Shown: piece after piece, positions 15,289-27,643 of the stretch | Layout of the letters: each line of letters opens with the position of its first letter | Position numbering within the stretch: position 1 is the first letter of the stretch | Assembly: GCA_002269645.1 (NCBI GenBank) | Contig: NIVC01001660.1 | Coordinates: forward strand, 186,001 to 250,000 | DNA: 64,000 nucleotides | Direction of reading: 5' to 3' | Source: Macrostomum lignano | Lineage: Eukaryota | Notes under the pieces: generated by a model | The model's database searches: none | Told to the model about the DNA's origin: nothing | The model's input: only the letters and a program-made list of their open reading frames with translations | Position numbers and translations under genes: made by a program

Positions 15289-18200
15289 CATATACATACC
15301 GAAATAGCAAAATTTAATACAACTAAAAATACATAAAAATAAACACACAATACACTGCTTCTTAAAATAATTAAATCCACGTTACAGTACGTTCAAACTA
15401 GATGGGAATTTTCAGAGCCAAAAACTTCGAAGCAAATTAGCATAATAGCACAGACAGAAGTACAGATTAAGAGAGAGAGTGAGAAAGAGACTATTTCTTT
15501 TTTCTTTCTTTTCTTGATGGCGAACTATCCGTGGATAAAGTTGTGCGCTGCTGATGCTGAAGCCTTGATGATGCTGCAGACATTATATTCATACATGTAA
15601 CAGGTCCCCAGCTGGATGGGACGCAAATGGTCGAAAAAGATCAGACGCTAATTTACGCCGGTCTAAAACTGGACCAAAATCTGTAGACGGCCGGCACCAA
15701 TAGCGATCGCAGAGTAGACAATGAGGGTATTGCAGCAGGGAAGAGACATGTTGAGTGTAGCTACCACACCATATATATATACGTATATATGATCGAGTAG
15801 TGTCCCAGGGTCCTCTGGTTCTGGTCCTTCTCCAAGAAGCTACGAGTGAATCGTCACAGTATATCCATCCCCTAGAATTTAACTGTTACTTTAAGATTGA
15901 GTGGACTTTCACGTAAAGCACGGAATGTCCCAGTAGCGTACAGCGTTGCGGCAAGACACATGATGTTACTACTCTGATGGTCCTGAGTCCTGTAGCGGTG
16001 TTTCCACTGAATCGCGGTTGTCCGGTTTTTGTTACCCCAACTCTCCGTTATATATTAGGATTGGCTATAAATTTCCATCTACGACTCGACACTGGCAAGT
16101 CTGATCAATTTTTAACAAGAATGTAAAAATATTTTCTCCCTGCAATTGGCGAATAAAGAATCTGTGACGTTGCTAGTTTAAGTGGTCCCGCAAAAGGGCC
16201 GTTGGACTATAGTTTCCCTTGCAATTTCTCATTTTAATTTCTCCAATAGTTTATTTTAACGTTTACTTATAGTAGCGTGCAAATAATCTGTATCAACTGC
16301 TAATTCACTGCGTATTTGGTAGGCCTTGCGCTCGTCTGTGAATTTTGGCACGATCGATAATTTCAAGTTCTCTCGCCAGCCAATGAAAACTCTCCGTGTT
16401 TTACGCTACCCCCTTTTGCGCTCTTTATTAACCCCCGCCTGGCGGCGGGCTGGGGGCCTCCTCACTTCGCGGCTCTTGTTTTCCTTCTCCTGCCCTCTGT
16501 CTCGAGCCTCCTTTATCTCTCGCCACGGCTCCTCTGTCTGGGCCAGCCTGTTTACACTGCCTGCCACGTCTGCCACGGCTAGCGCCAATCTCACCACTAC
16601 GCATCTGCCTCTTCTGTGCTCATCGCCGTTACTCACCACGTTGCATCGCCTTGCATCACTCGCCTACCACTCGACTACAATTTCTAATTCAACTTCAATT
16701 CAAAACCATTGTTGCAGCCGCCAGTGTCCCAAAAGCACAATAAGTTCTGTATTAACATTAACCAAATTTGAATATTGATCTCAACAATAAAACAACTACG
16801 GCAGTTACCTGTCTTGTATGCCAAGTGCTCCGCTACACAATCCGCTTATCAAGACTTGTCTCGATTCATTTTGGGACTACGACTTACGACAACTCTCGTA
16901 AAACGGCCCTTCTAAGGGTCATAGCCTCTACGCCAATAACGTGACAAATCTTTCCTTCTCTGCTCTCCTCTCCGACAATTGGCTCCTTAGATTATTGGTC
17001 TGCACAAGCTGGTTCCTTCGTCCAGCCAATAAGCATTCGCTTCACAATTATAGCAGATAATCGAGAAAGAAACTTGGAATACACGCTCGTATTCGACCCT
17101 TTTCTGAGAGACTGCAGGGGCAGTTCACAAAGCGTTGTGGGCGCCAAACTTTTGGGCTATATTTAGCTACACTAGTCAAAAAAGAGGGTGAGGAGCAGAG
17201 TGTTAAAACAAATTGGCTTCTTATAAGGTACTCCGCGTATTTTGGCGGGAAATTTAACTGAAAGAGCCTCATCAGTTGCAAATAAAGGAAACGAACATTG
17301 AGAATAATGCAAGAGCAAGAGGAAAAGAGAGTAGAGAGTTATTTATCATACTAGAAAAAGGGGAAATCTTAAAGGCAGAGAATGACTTTCTGCCAAATCT
17401 GCTATAATTAGTAGCAATAAATAAAAATGAAAACCCGCCAATAAAAGAGAAGATATTTAAAAGTAAGCTGTACATGTAGTTGGAAGGTGATGTACACAAA
17501 TTTGCCATAGCAGACATATGCACATTATAGGCTCGTTTTTATGATAAAATTTATGTATTTTACTTTTCTACTAATCCAGAATGACAGATACTGGTAGGCA
17601 GCAGTAAACTTAAAAAATATACGGTGAAAAGGCTAAGGGGGTTCCGGTGTGACCTAGGGTTGACTTATTTGTGAATGTCATAGTTTTTACTGTCAGTAGA
17701 CTAATACGTAAATTTATTCTTTCTTGTATAACTTCTGTGTATATTTTAGCATCGGCTTTTATATATCGGCAAGTAATAAGTTTCTAGTAGTCATAGTTTC
17801 TAATTGTCAATATTGCTTAGCGCCCACGTAACCTTCAACAAATCATAATTCGTTGCTAACATCCATAACGTTTTGATCCATTATTAATAACTTGTTTTTT
17901 CGTCGCTAGAATACTAAAAAATTTGGCCAACCCAGCATTAGCAAATTATGCTTAAAGCTAAATATTGTATATCGCTTTCTTGGACTACATACATGCTGTT
18001 CTGTTCGTTCTTGAGTGTCGCCCGTCTGTACGCTGCGCTAGATTTAATTCGTCACACTGAAAACAATAAACAATAAAATTTTTTAAGTGTCCTTCTACTT
18101 TAATTGTACCTTACTACCTAAAAATTCCAAATTACAGAGACAAACACACATTTAATTACATGTAGTACTTTTGCGTAACATTCTCGAATAAATTGAAGAA

Positions 18201-19596
18201 TAAGCTAATTATAGGTCATTTTTTATTTTTGAAACAAAAAACTGTCGTATCAAATTAAATTACTTTGATTGGAAATGACAGCAAAAGTTTCAGTTGGCTC
18301 TATAATATTTGTAAAAACAAAATCACACACTAAAATTGTAACAGAAAATACCAATAAAAACTTTGGTACATATCAAACCTCTAAACCTCTAGAATATTTT
18401 TATTTCAAAGTTTATTTTAAAATATTTATATAACGTTAACTATAACGTAAGACAAGTTTTGTCGCTTGGATAAACGTTATAGGAAAAGGTTAGGTTATAG
18501 GAATGGTTATAGGAAAAAGTGATATAGCTAGCTCAGATTTTCCATACAGAAAAGCGGGATTAAATATCTATATATAGCAATTTAAATCTAGATAATTTGC
18601 CACAAATCATATTGTATAACTGAACTTAATTCAGATGAAAAAATCTGCTGAGAGTTGGAAAAATAATGATATAATAATATCTCCTCTCTAAAAATTACGT
18701 AGGTCCTTAAATTGATTTTATTTAGTCACTTATTAACAACAATTATCTTTAAACCAGAAATTTTTAATCATTCAAACAGAATGATTAAAACCATCGTAGG
18801 AAACAAATTAGATTATTTTTCGCCTAGTCACATGATTTTTTCGGACTGAACTAATCTAACTTAACATTGAACGAACCAGACTGGATTAAAAATATTGGAA
18901 ACAGAGCTTCAAAGTTAGCTGGTATTAAATTTTGAGTTAAAAATCAAAACGATGCCGCATGATAATGTATGTGAGCATCATTAACATAAAGTACGTTACA
19001 ATGATTAGGAAGACATTATTAAGTTTAAAATTGTCAGAATCAAATAAAATTTAGCCGGTAAAGCTTGGCAAACACAATTTTATAAAAATCATTTATGTTT
19101 AATGGAAATTTTAAATTAGCTATTTAATTTAATAGAAAATAGCTAATTATTTATCGACTGCAAATGTTTAGAACGAGTCATTTATCACTCCTGGCAGTTC
19201 TTTTAAAAGTTTGGATTAGTTGATTGCGAAATGTAGGAGTTTGTAAAACTGCACACACGTATTAGCTACTTCCAAACCACAATTTTTAGAATCTGCCAAG
19301 ATGCATGATCTACTTTGTTTCGCTGTTTAAAAATGAACTTCGGAATCTCAGAGTAGCTATATAGTCTTGCTACGTGATCGTTTAAGCATTCCTTCAATTT
19401 CATAAAATTTTCCTCCCTCATTTGTATAGCTTAACTGATCCTTTGAGAAAATATAGATTTATAAAAGTTTTACTGTTCGGCATGCAGTAAAAGAACACAC
19501 ACACACACAGATTGTCAATCAGCATTAACTCCAATCGATGTAGGTTGCGATTAAACACAGTTCATGCCTTCAGGTTCAACGCAAGTAACGAGCGAC

Positions 19597-22500
19597 TCAA
19601 TCCAACAAGAAGCGCAGACTGTCGATCGCCTCCTTCTTGGAAACCAGAGCCCAGGTTGGAGGCAACTCTTTGATTCCTTTTCGATGCTTAACCAGCAGCT
19701 TATACTTAAATGTCCACGAGAACCAGTGCCAGAACTTTGCCGAATCGTTTCCTGCGTCGGGATCAATCTCCCACTCTGGAAAGTACTTTTTGTACTCTTT
19801 GTAAGGGTGATACACTTCTTGTTCGCTGTCGGCACCTTGACAGTTTGGCGTCTGCTTACCTTTTCGTTTGCAAAAACCACATGAAAATCTGTCACCGCTA
19901 CTTGCGAGAAATTCACAATTTTTGAATGTTAACTGGTCAATTCCAATATAATACACACCTTCAACTCCAGGTGGTCTGTGCTGAATGCAGCCATGTGGGC
20001 TGCCATCTTTTTCGTAGTGATTTTCCTGAGACTTGCAGCACGGCTCGCTACAGAAGGGGCAGTGTTCTTTGCAGCCCCAGAGGCTCTGAAGCACATCGGA
20101 GTAGAGAGTGGAGTCTCCATGCCATTTGACTGTTGACTCGTCCATACTAGCGAAGTGCTTTACCAGTGAGGACTTGAGGTCGCCCAGGCCGCCTAAAAGG
20201 TGCTTCAGCATATCTTCCACTTTTACAGTAGATTCGAAAGTGCAAACATGCTGCAAATTTCTAGGAAGCACGGCGAGCTCTTTTTCGGCCTCCTTACAGA
20301 ATTTATCGACCCAAACTTTCAGCGAGGTGCACCGAGTTGCCGCCACTCTTGCAGCTTTTTCAGTGACCGCAATTATCGGCGCAATGAGCGATGACTCGAG
20401 ATGGCCTGAAAATACAGTATTGCCATCCGTTGTTCTCTGAAACAGCTGACGGTTAATGAACTGCGTCAGCCATTTCAGAGCAGTAGTATGGGAATCTCTC
20501 ACGTATTCAAGGATCGATTCTGCGTCATCTTGCTGTGCCATGTCGGTTAGCATGCGAACAATGAGCTGGTATTTTCCCCTGCCGATCTCGTTCAGCATTA
20601 CTCCTCTCAATTTACCTGCCATTCTTTCCTGGAAAGCCTGTTTCATCACCGAGTCCAGATGGTCACAAATGAAATCAGCCACAATCTTGGCTTCCGCCTG
20701 CTGTTGAACAATGTTTCTAAACAAATTCAACATTTTTGTCTTCGTATCCGCCAGCTTTGTTTTGATGCTGTTGGCTTCGTGAAAATTCCGCGTAATCTGC
20801 TCAAATATTGGGTATGCAGTGCTGAGGGCGAGAATCACTACCTTGATTTCGAATGCAGGTGTTGTGCGGATATGATTGCTTGATAGTCCGATAGAGGAGT
20901 TTATTGCATCACGCACGCATTTTTGTATCCGCTTAACATGGACCTTTGAAAATCCACTTGACTCCCCTTTCATATCCTCGCAAAGACTTTTAACGGCCTT
21001 GAGAATGTCAGATACAACGTCTACTACTAGATTACGCTCTTCTTTTTCTAGCTGACTGGTAAAAATACTAATGAATTTGTCTTTCATTGATCGTTTTGAT
21101 ATAATAAGCGTAACAGTGTCTCCTTTGGGAAACAGAATTTCAAGTAAGCTGTCACTTTGAACCGCTGATTGTCTCTTTAATGGAATTTGATCCAAAAATG
21201 AGCGTACTTTTTCTAACTCATTATAGTAGATCTCTCGCAGTTGATCCACCACTTGAATCTCAACAAGTCTCAAGTCAACCGTTCTCTCAGATGGCAGCTG
21301 CTGCGTGAACTCCTGCCACAGAGCTTCGAATTCCTGCAGAATTTTTTCCTTTGGACTGCTCCTTAGCGTGGGTGCAAGTTCGGTGGCCCGTCTTATGATC
21401 CTCGACTCCCACTCCACCGTCCGTGAACCTTGCTGAAGCTCAACTTTTTGCCCGTCGCACAAGACTTGGAGCTTCTGCCGAAGTGACTGCTCAAGACTTT
21501 TCACACAATCCCTTAAAGACACTAACTTTCGCTCCTTCCATTGTATCGTGTACTCACTGTACTGGTTTTCATCCAAAAATTGGTTTAAGGACTTTAGACC
21601 TTCCCGCTGCCAAGTTTCAAGCATAGCACGAAGCTCACTTATCGCCCTCTGCTGCACATCCGCGACAGCATCGACAGTTTCGCATTTCCTAACAGGAATC
21701 GCTGCTGATTTATGAAGCCAGTCTTCGCTCAACTCTTCAATGTGATTTGTCACTTCGAGAAATTTATTCTCCAAAAGGTTATATGCCTTGAGCTCGACAC
21801 TGCTTTTAAAGCTGAACACAAAGTCCTCAGACAGTATTGCCTTCCACAGATCATTTACTCGATGAGAAAAGTCGCTGAATCCCAGATAGCTCTTCTGTTC
21901 TTTATCAAAAATGTGTAAAAGGTGCTGTTTAACGTCCTGAACACCCATCGAGTAGCCCGGATTTACTGGACCCATGGGTGGGTCGCTCTGTAGCAGATCT
22001 GACATGAAGAATATATCGGTGTCTCTGTTGAACTGCAGAATGTCTCCTAAACGCTTCACATCATTGAGACCTTCTTCTTCTGCAGCTTCCTTCGTCATTT
22101 TGTCGAGTTTCTGTTGTATCTTGAATGTCGCTTGCTGCATCATCTCTTTTGCTCCAGCCGCTGCTACATTCTGGTGTATGAAGATGCAGTGTCTGTGCAG
22201 ATCTCGATCTTTGTTTGCCATCTTCATCCTGATGAAGGCGTGAATCGCGATCTGTAAAATCTCATTCATCTCCGCAGCGTTCTCTCCTTTGATGTTGATG
22301 ATAGTCACGTCTCCAAGTCCGATGACCAATGTAGCTAGCTCGTTGTCATGGTGATGTTTGTCCAGACCCAGCTCCGGAGCTCTCAGACCCTCGGTGTCGA
22401 GCACAGCGACATAGTCGAACGGCATTCCTGACTCCACCGGAACCAGCTGCAGAAATGCGCCTCGAGTACAGCGGCCTGCGCTCACTGCGAACTTCAGTCC

Positions 22501-25500
22501 GAACATGGTGTTGAGCAGAGTGGACTTGCCTGAGCTCTGCAGACCGAGCACGGAGATTACGTAGATCTTCTTGTCGCCGACCAGCTCCTGGCAGCTCTTG
22601 AGGATAGCTGAGATCCAGGCAGACGGGATGTTTCCAGCGTCGCCGTCGAGAATCTCTAGAGGAACTCCGCACAGCAAGAGTTTGGCCATCACGTGTGGAA
22701 ACAGATTGATGTCAAGCGCTCGGAAAGTCTTTGTACTTTCTGAAGAGGCAGCTAAAATGGCCTCGTAGACTTGGCCCGCCTCTCTGAATATGTTTTCGAG
22801 GCCAATTGAAGCAAGCAGTATTTTATGGTCAAGTTCGTTGAGCTGATCATCTATTGCGGTCTGGGATGATTCATCCGCAGTTTCTTTACGCTGCCGCAAT
22901 TCCTGCTGCATTTTTCTAAGCCTTGGCAAATGCTCTCTGGAAGAATTGTCAAAGAAAGATCGAATGCACTGAAGCCAAAGCTTAACCAGAAGCTCATTGT
23001 CGGCTATCTTTGTCAGTGTGGTAAGAAACTCCTCCATAATGGGACTGAGTTGATGGCACTGAGCGATTTGCTGGCGTCTGGCATTGAGACGCTGATGCTG
23101 AGCTTCCAACTTGTCTTCATCTGTTGCCTTAGAAGAGTTTTCTCTTTTGTAGTGGCGACTGTAGTCCATCCATTTTTTTTGCAAAGGAAGATGCTTTTTA
23201 TTTAAGTTCATGATTCCACATTTCGATACTTCTCCAAAGATAGAGCTGCAAAGCTGGCTTGCCTGAGAAACGAGACATCCGTCATCAATGTAAACTTTGA
23301 TTTCTCCATTAGATTTCTGCTCTATACCAACCTTTGCCAATGACTCTGACAGTGTTTGTTGGATTTCGCCAACTATTTCACGCTCTGGTCTTCCTTTCTT
23401 TGTGTCAACGCAGGAAAATGATTTAAGGATGCTCATCGACTCGCTACTCAACGGATTTGTGAGTGTTTGAGATCTGTAGAGAACCACTATCACTTCTAAT
23501 TCCTTCATTTTTGACATGCTTTGAAGCTGGCTAAAGCACTCGGGCTGTGAAAGGGTGCTGACTTCCACAAATACAACTACAACTTTGGAGGCCGAAGTTA
23601 AAACCTGAGATTTGTCTGGAAAATCTAGCAAGTCACCTCTGAGGTTTGTTGCCAAGAAGGCTCGAGTCAGTTTAATGCTTCTGGACGGCAGAAATACGGT
23701 GGCCTCAACGAGTCCGTTGCTGCAGACTCTGCGCGCGTGGCCGTTGGTGCAGTCTCTGTGGAAGAACGTCTCATGACTGCTGCCATTGAGTAGGGAGTTC
23801 AGCAATTTGGACTTGGACACAGGCAAATCTCCAATCCTCACAAATGATACCACCGGAAAATGATAATCTGATAGCAGGCTGGTCTCTATGTACTGGCCAT
23901 TTTCGTTCATGAACTGAACTACAATGTCTTTCAGACCCCAGCTGTTCATAACCAGCGGCTTTCCAACAGTTGAATAGATGAATGGGAAAGCCAGCTTGCA
24001 AGCAAACAGAACTTTGCAGAGCATCTGTTGCACCTCTTTGTCACAGCAGAGGTAGCTCGCAAGTAAAATATCCATCGGGTTCAGCTCATTCTCAGAGCTG
24101 CCTTCATCATCGTCCTCGAGGTTTAAAAGCGAAATTTTTTTCGGTAAAGCCGTTGCCGTCGTCTCTGGAACCAAATTTCTCCCCTGTGCGTCGCAGCTGA
24201 TGAGTGCGCGGATGACTTGCCAGGCAACGGAGTTTTCCTTCAAATTTCTGCGCTCGTCTTGGCTTCTCCTGACGAAAAGAACGTCCTTGCGCGAGATTCT
24301 CTCTGGATAATAAGACTTCAGCCCGAGATGTTCAACAGTATCTTGAACTGATCCAAATTTCATTGGCTTTCTCGGTTCCGCAACTCGTGGGGTTGTTGGC
24401 TGCGGATTGATAGTTGGTCGATCTGGAATCGAGTCTTGCCTTTTTGGAGGTGTAGGAGGTGGCGCTGGTGTTTCAAGCGTTGACATTGGTCCTGGGGATA
24501 GCGGTAGCGATTGTTGAGTAGTCGACGACGGATCCGAGTCTTTCTGCACTGGATCCGATGGCTTTACTGTGTTGAGTCGCCTCTTTGGATTTTGTTGCGT
24601 CATCGTCTCAAACATTTTCTTTCTGGATGCGACAGAACTGGTTGGCCTAATAATTTTATGCAGCTTAGTAAAGAGATCCGTCAAGGCTTGGTTGCTTTCC
24701 TCATCTCCAGCGAGCTTCCTCACCAGTGCATAGTCGATAGCTTCTAATGAGTCCAAGGTAACAATGTTTTTCTCTCTAAAGTACAACTCTATGAGGTTCA
24801 GAAACTCAGTGGACGTATATTCGGGGTGCTTTTCCGCAAGCATTTCCTTGGCCTTCAATGCAGCACTCGATAGACGGACTTCTTCTGCATCTAAAATTGT
24901 CAAATGGAAACAACTACCTGGTATGCTGTATAATATTTTATTTATGCACAATTTATACGCTCGTAGGCTCGTATATTCGCAGAAAAATTATTTACACTGT
25001 GATTTCTTAACTGACCTTCTTGAGGACATGTAGTTCTTGTGGGAATTTCAAGTAATATTTCAATATTTTACTTTCGACAGCTAATAGTCGCAAAGTCGCA
25101 AAGTCGCAATTTTTTCTCAGAAAGGAATTAATTATAGCATAAATTTATAATAATACGAGCGTACAGAAGAGAATCATGTTTTGATGGCATAATCTACCGT
25201 CTTGAATGTCGAGCCTCTTAATGTCAGCCGAGGTTGTCCTCTGGAGTCCCATTTTGCCTCTAAATTTAGCGTTATAGCACTTGTCGCAGAAAATGTCGCC
25301 CTGCGCTACGAACAATTTAGTCACTTGAAGCTGCGCATTGCATTCTCCTGTGAATCATGCAGCACACAAATAGCGGTGTTACCCACAGTTCAAATAACAA
25401 TAACAAATAACAAATAACAATAAACTTTTACAGATTTAGACATTTATAACCAGCACTGTGTTGTAATATACGAGTACAGGTTTAAGTAAAAATGTGCGGC

Positions 25501-25857
25501 ATTATTTGTTGTAATGCCAATTAGTTTTTGTAGTAACTGAGTCAGAGGCCGTGTTTGCTGTGTAGCCAAACTCTTACAAATCTCGCCGCGCTGGGCACGC
25601 GTCTATATATTATGGAGTTAGAATTGGGGTGGCGGCACCCACCCCACTCCGCAGCCAATCAGACTGCCCGGGCATACCATACTGTGCGTACGCACACTAC
25701 AGTTTTGACAATTGAAAGCTTGGCAGTCAGGCTGCCATGAGCTGGTTCACTTACCGTTACCGCACCGCAGGCAGTTTTTGTGCCAGCTCTGGTTGGCTGC
25801 TTTCTGAGCCTCTATCAGAAACACCGGTTTGCTGCACCGGGGGCATATTTCATCCAT
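19597..25857 (-). CDS. GVIN1-like: LIM-domain very large GTPase (GVIN1/URGCP family), paralog A, about 1848 aa; exons 25857-25755, 25347-25198, 24890-19597
   Basis: VLIG G-domain motifs GLQSSGKSTLLNTMFGLKFAVSAGRCTRG and DTEGL, ETFFHRDC, C-terminal CPFC..PC...H...HRP. Two upstream exons with GT/AG phase-1 junctions encode a full LIM domain (see findings). Confidence 0.9.
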
Positions 25858-27268
25858 GGATCTTGGATGCCCGTCCTCGATATGCCTGTTTTGACTTGTT
25901 TAAGGCTATGAAACAGCTGGAACTGTATGGGTTGTTGGGGCAATTTCGGTTAATGTTTCGGTTAATGAAAATTGATTAAAAACTTCTAGACAACGTTAGA
26001 CAACGTCACCCAAATTTTTAAGGCGTCCTTATACATAGCACATAAACTGCCTTTAAAAAAACTATATTAAATTTTTAAACTGTGCCTTACGAAACTTAAG
26101 GAATACAACGAAATAAATGAAACAAAATGAACGCAATAAAACACTCGAATAAGTATACTTCTTTTAAAGTTGGATGATAATTAGACACCAAATATTGTAC
26201 TCGTAAACGCAAGCAAGCGGTTGTGCACATACATGTACGAGCGTGCAAAAAGCTATCATTGGGTTGAAATTTTGTAGTATCACAGTTAGAGCAGGGCGCG
26301 GTCGATGGCTCGGCACAGAGCACAAGAGCGGGCGAAAGAAAATACACACATAATTGTATCTTCATATTACAAGTAATTAACAAATTCATTAATATTTGTA
26401 TCGTTATAGATCATCAAAAATACGAATTAATTAGTTGAGAGCTTCTATCCATGTTAGAATTAATTAAATTTGCAGTTAGTTTACTACGAGTATGAACAGA
26501 GTTTCGCTTAATTTTGTTAAATATAACAATTGGTAAAATATATAGCCAGTAGGCAAGGACTACTAAAGTAGCATAAATTTTGGTTTAATTGTCCTTGCTA
26601 CTAGGTGGAATGCTTCTGGTAGCTACTTACGTCATTAAAATCAACAAGCTACTAAATGTGAGTAAGCAGTTAAAAGTGCAATTGGCTTAGGTGAATTTGC
26701 TTTTGTTTGCCTAAAAAGTATTTAAATAAGTTATTAATTTGTTAAACCTACATGAAAGTAAAGAAATTTGTTCAATAGGTAGCATTAGAATTACACCTTA
26801 ATATTTTTGACATAGCTACACTATTTAAACAATGCGGGAATATTCAGTAAAAGGCAGAGCGTTACAACTATGCTAAATACTTGATATCGTTCAGTTTCGC
26901 TTTTATAGCCTAAAATCTAGTTACCGCCGACGGGCTGAAAAACAGCGAATAGAAAAAGAAATTCAGCACGAACCATAGCTGGAGTCCATTTTATAAGCTT
27001 GAAATTACAAGTGACAAATTTCAATATTACGCAATCTTTTACACAACTTTTTGCTTTTTTGGTACTTTTGTATTTTTTGACAAGTAGCCCCGGGAACCTG
27101 TAGTTTTTGTATGCAGAGCGGAAAAAAAACTAAATATTTTCAGCAAACTTACGGCTACGGCTTATTTAAGCAGTTATTTTACCGGCGGGGACAGGCGCGC
27201 ACTATAAGCGTTTCGTCGAATGTCTCGACTATGATGTTGCTTTTTTAAAGACTCCGACAGCGTATTTT

Positions 27269-27294
27269 GCTGTTGTTGTTGTTGTTGTTGTTGC

Positions 27295-27337
<43 letters not shown>
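27269..27337. repeat. (GTT)n microsatellite
   Basis: Direct trinucleotide run between the two GTPase genes. Confidence 0.95.
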
Positions 27338-27643
27338 AGCTTAAAGAACCTTATAGTAGGAGTCCTTACAAGTCTAGACCATTCGAATCGAATCATTAGC
27401 TTAAGTTTTTTTCGATACCCTGAAAGCGTCTCAGAAAATATTCATGAAACCAAGATGCTAATAATTTGGTAAGCCACTTGTGGAATTCTTATAAAATGGA
27501 TCTCAGAATCATTTAAAACTCTTTACACGGCGCAAAAAAAGTTAGCTATTGATGTGAAAAGCAGCCTAATCTTTAAGAGCTTAAACTGAAACTACAAAAT
27601 AAAATTGCGTGTTAGCTAGGGTTTTTTATGCCCAACGTTAAGT

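Noticed and set aside
15785-15840. LINE RT VPQGSVLGP-like motif
   Set aside because: Requires a frameshift and has no flanking RT motifs; too short to call.
24891-24951. ORF-track N-terminus MCINKILYSIPGSCFHLTIL of GVIN A
   Set aside because: AT-rich read-through into an intron upstream of a TTTTAG acceptor; the LIM exons explain the true start.
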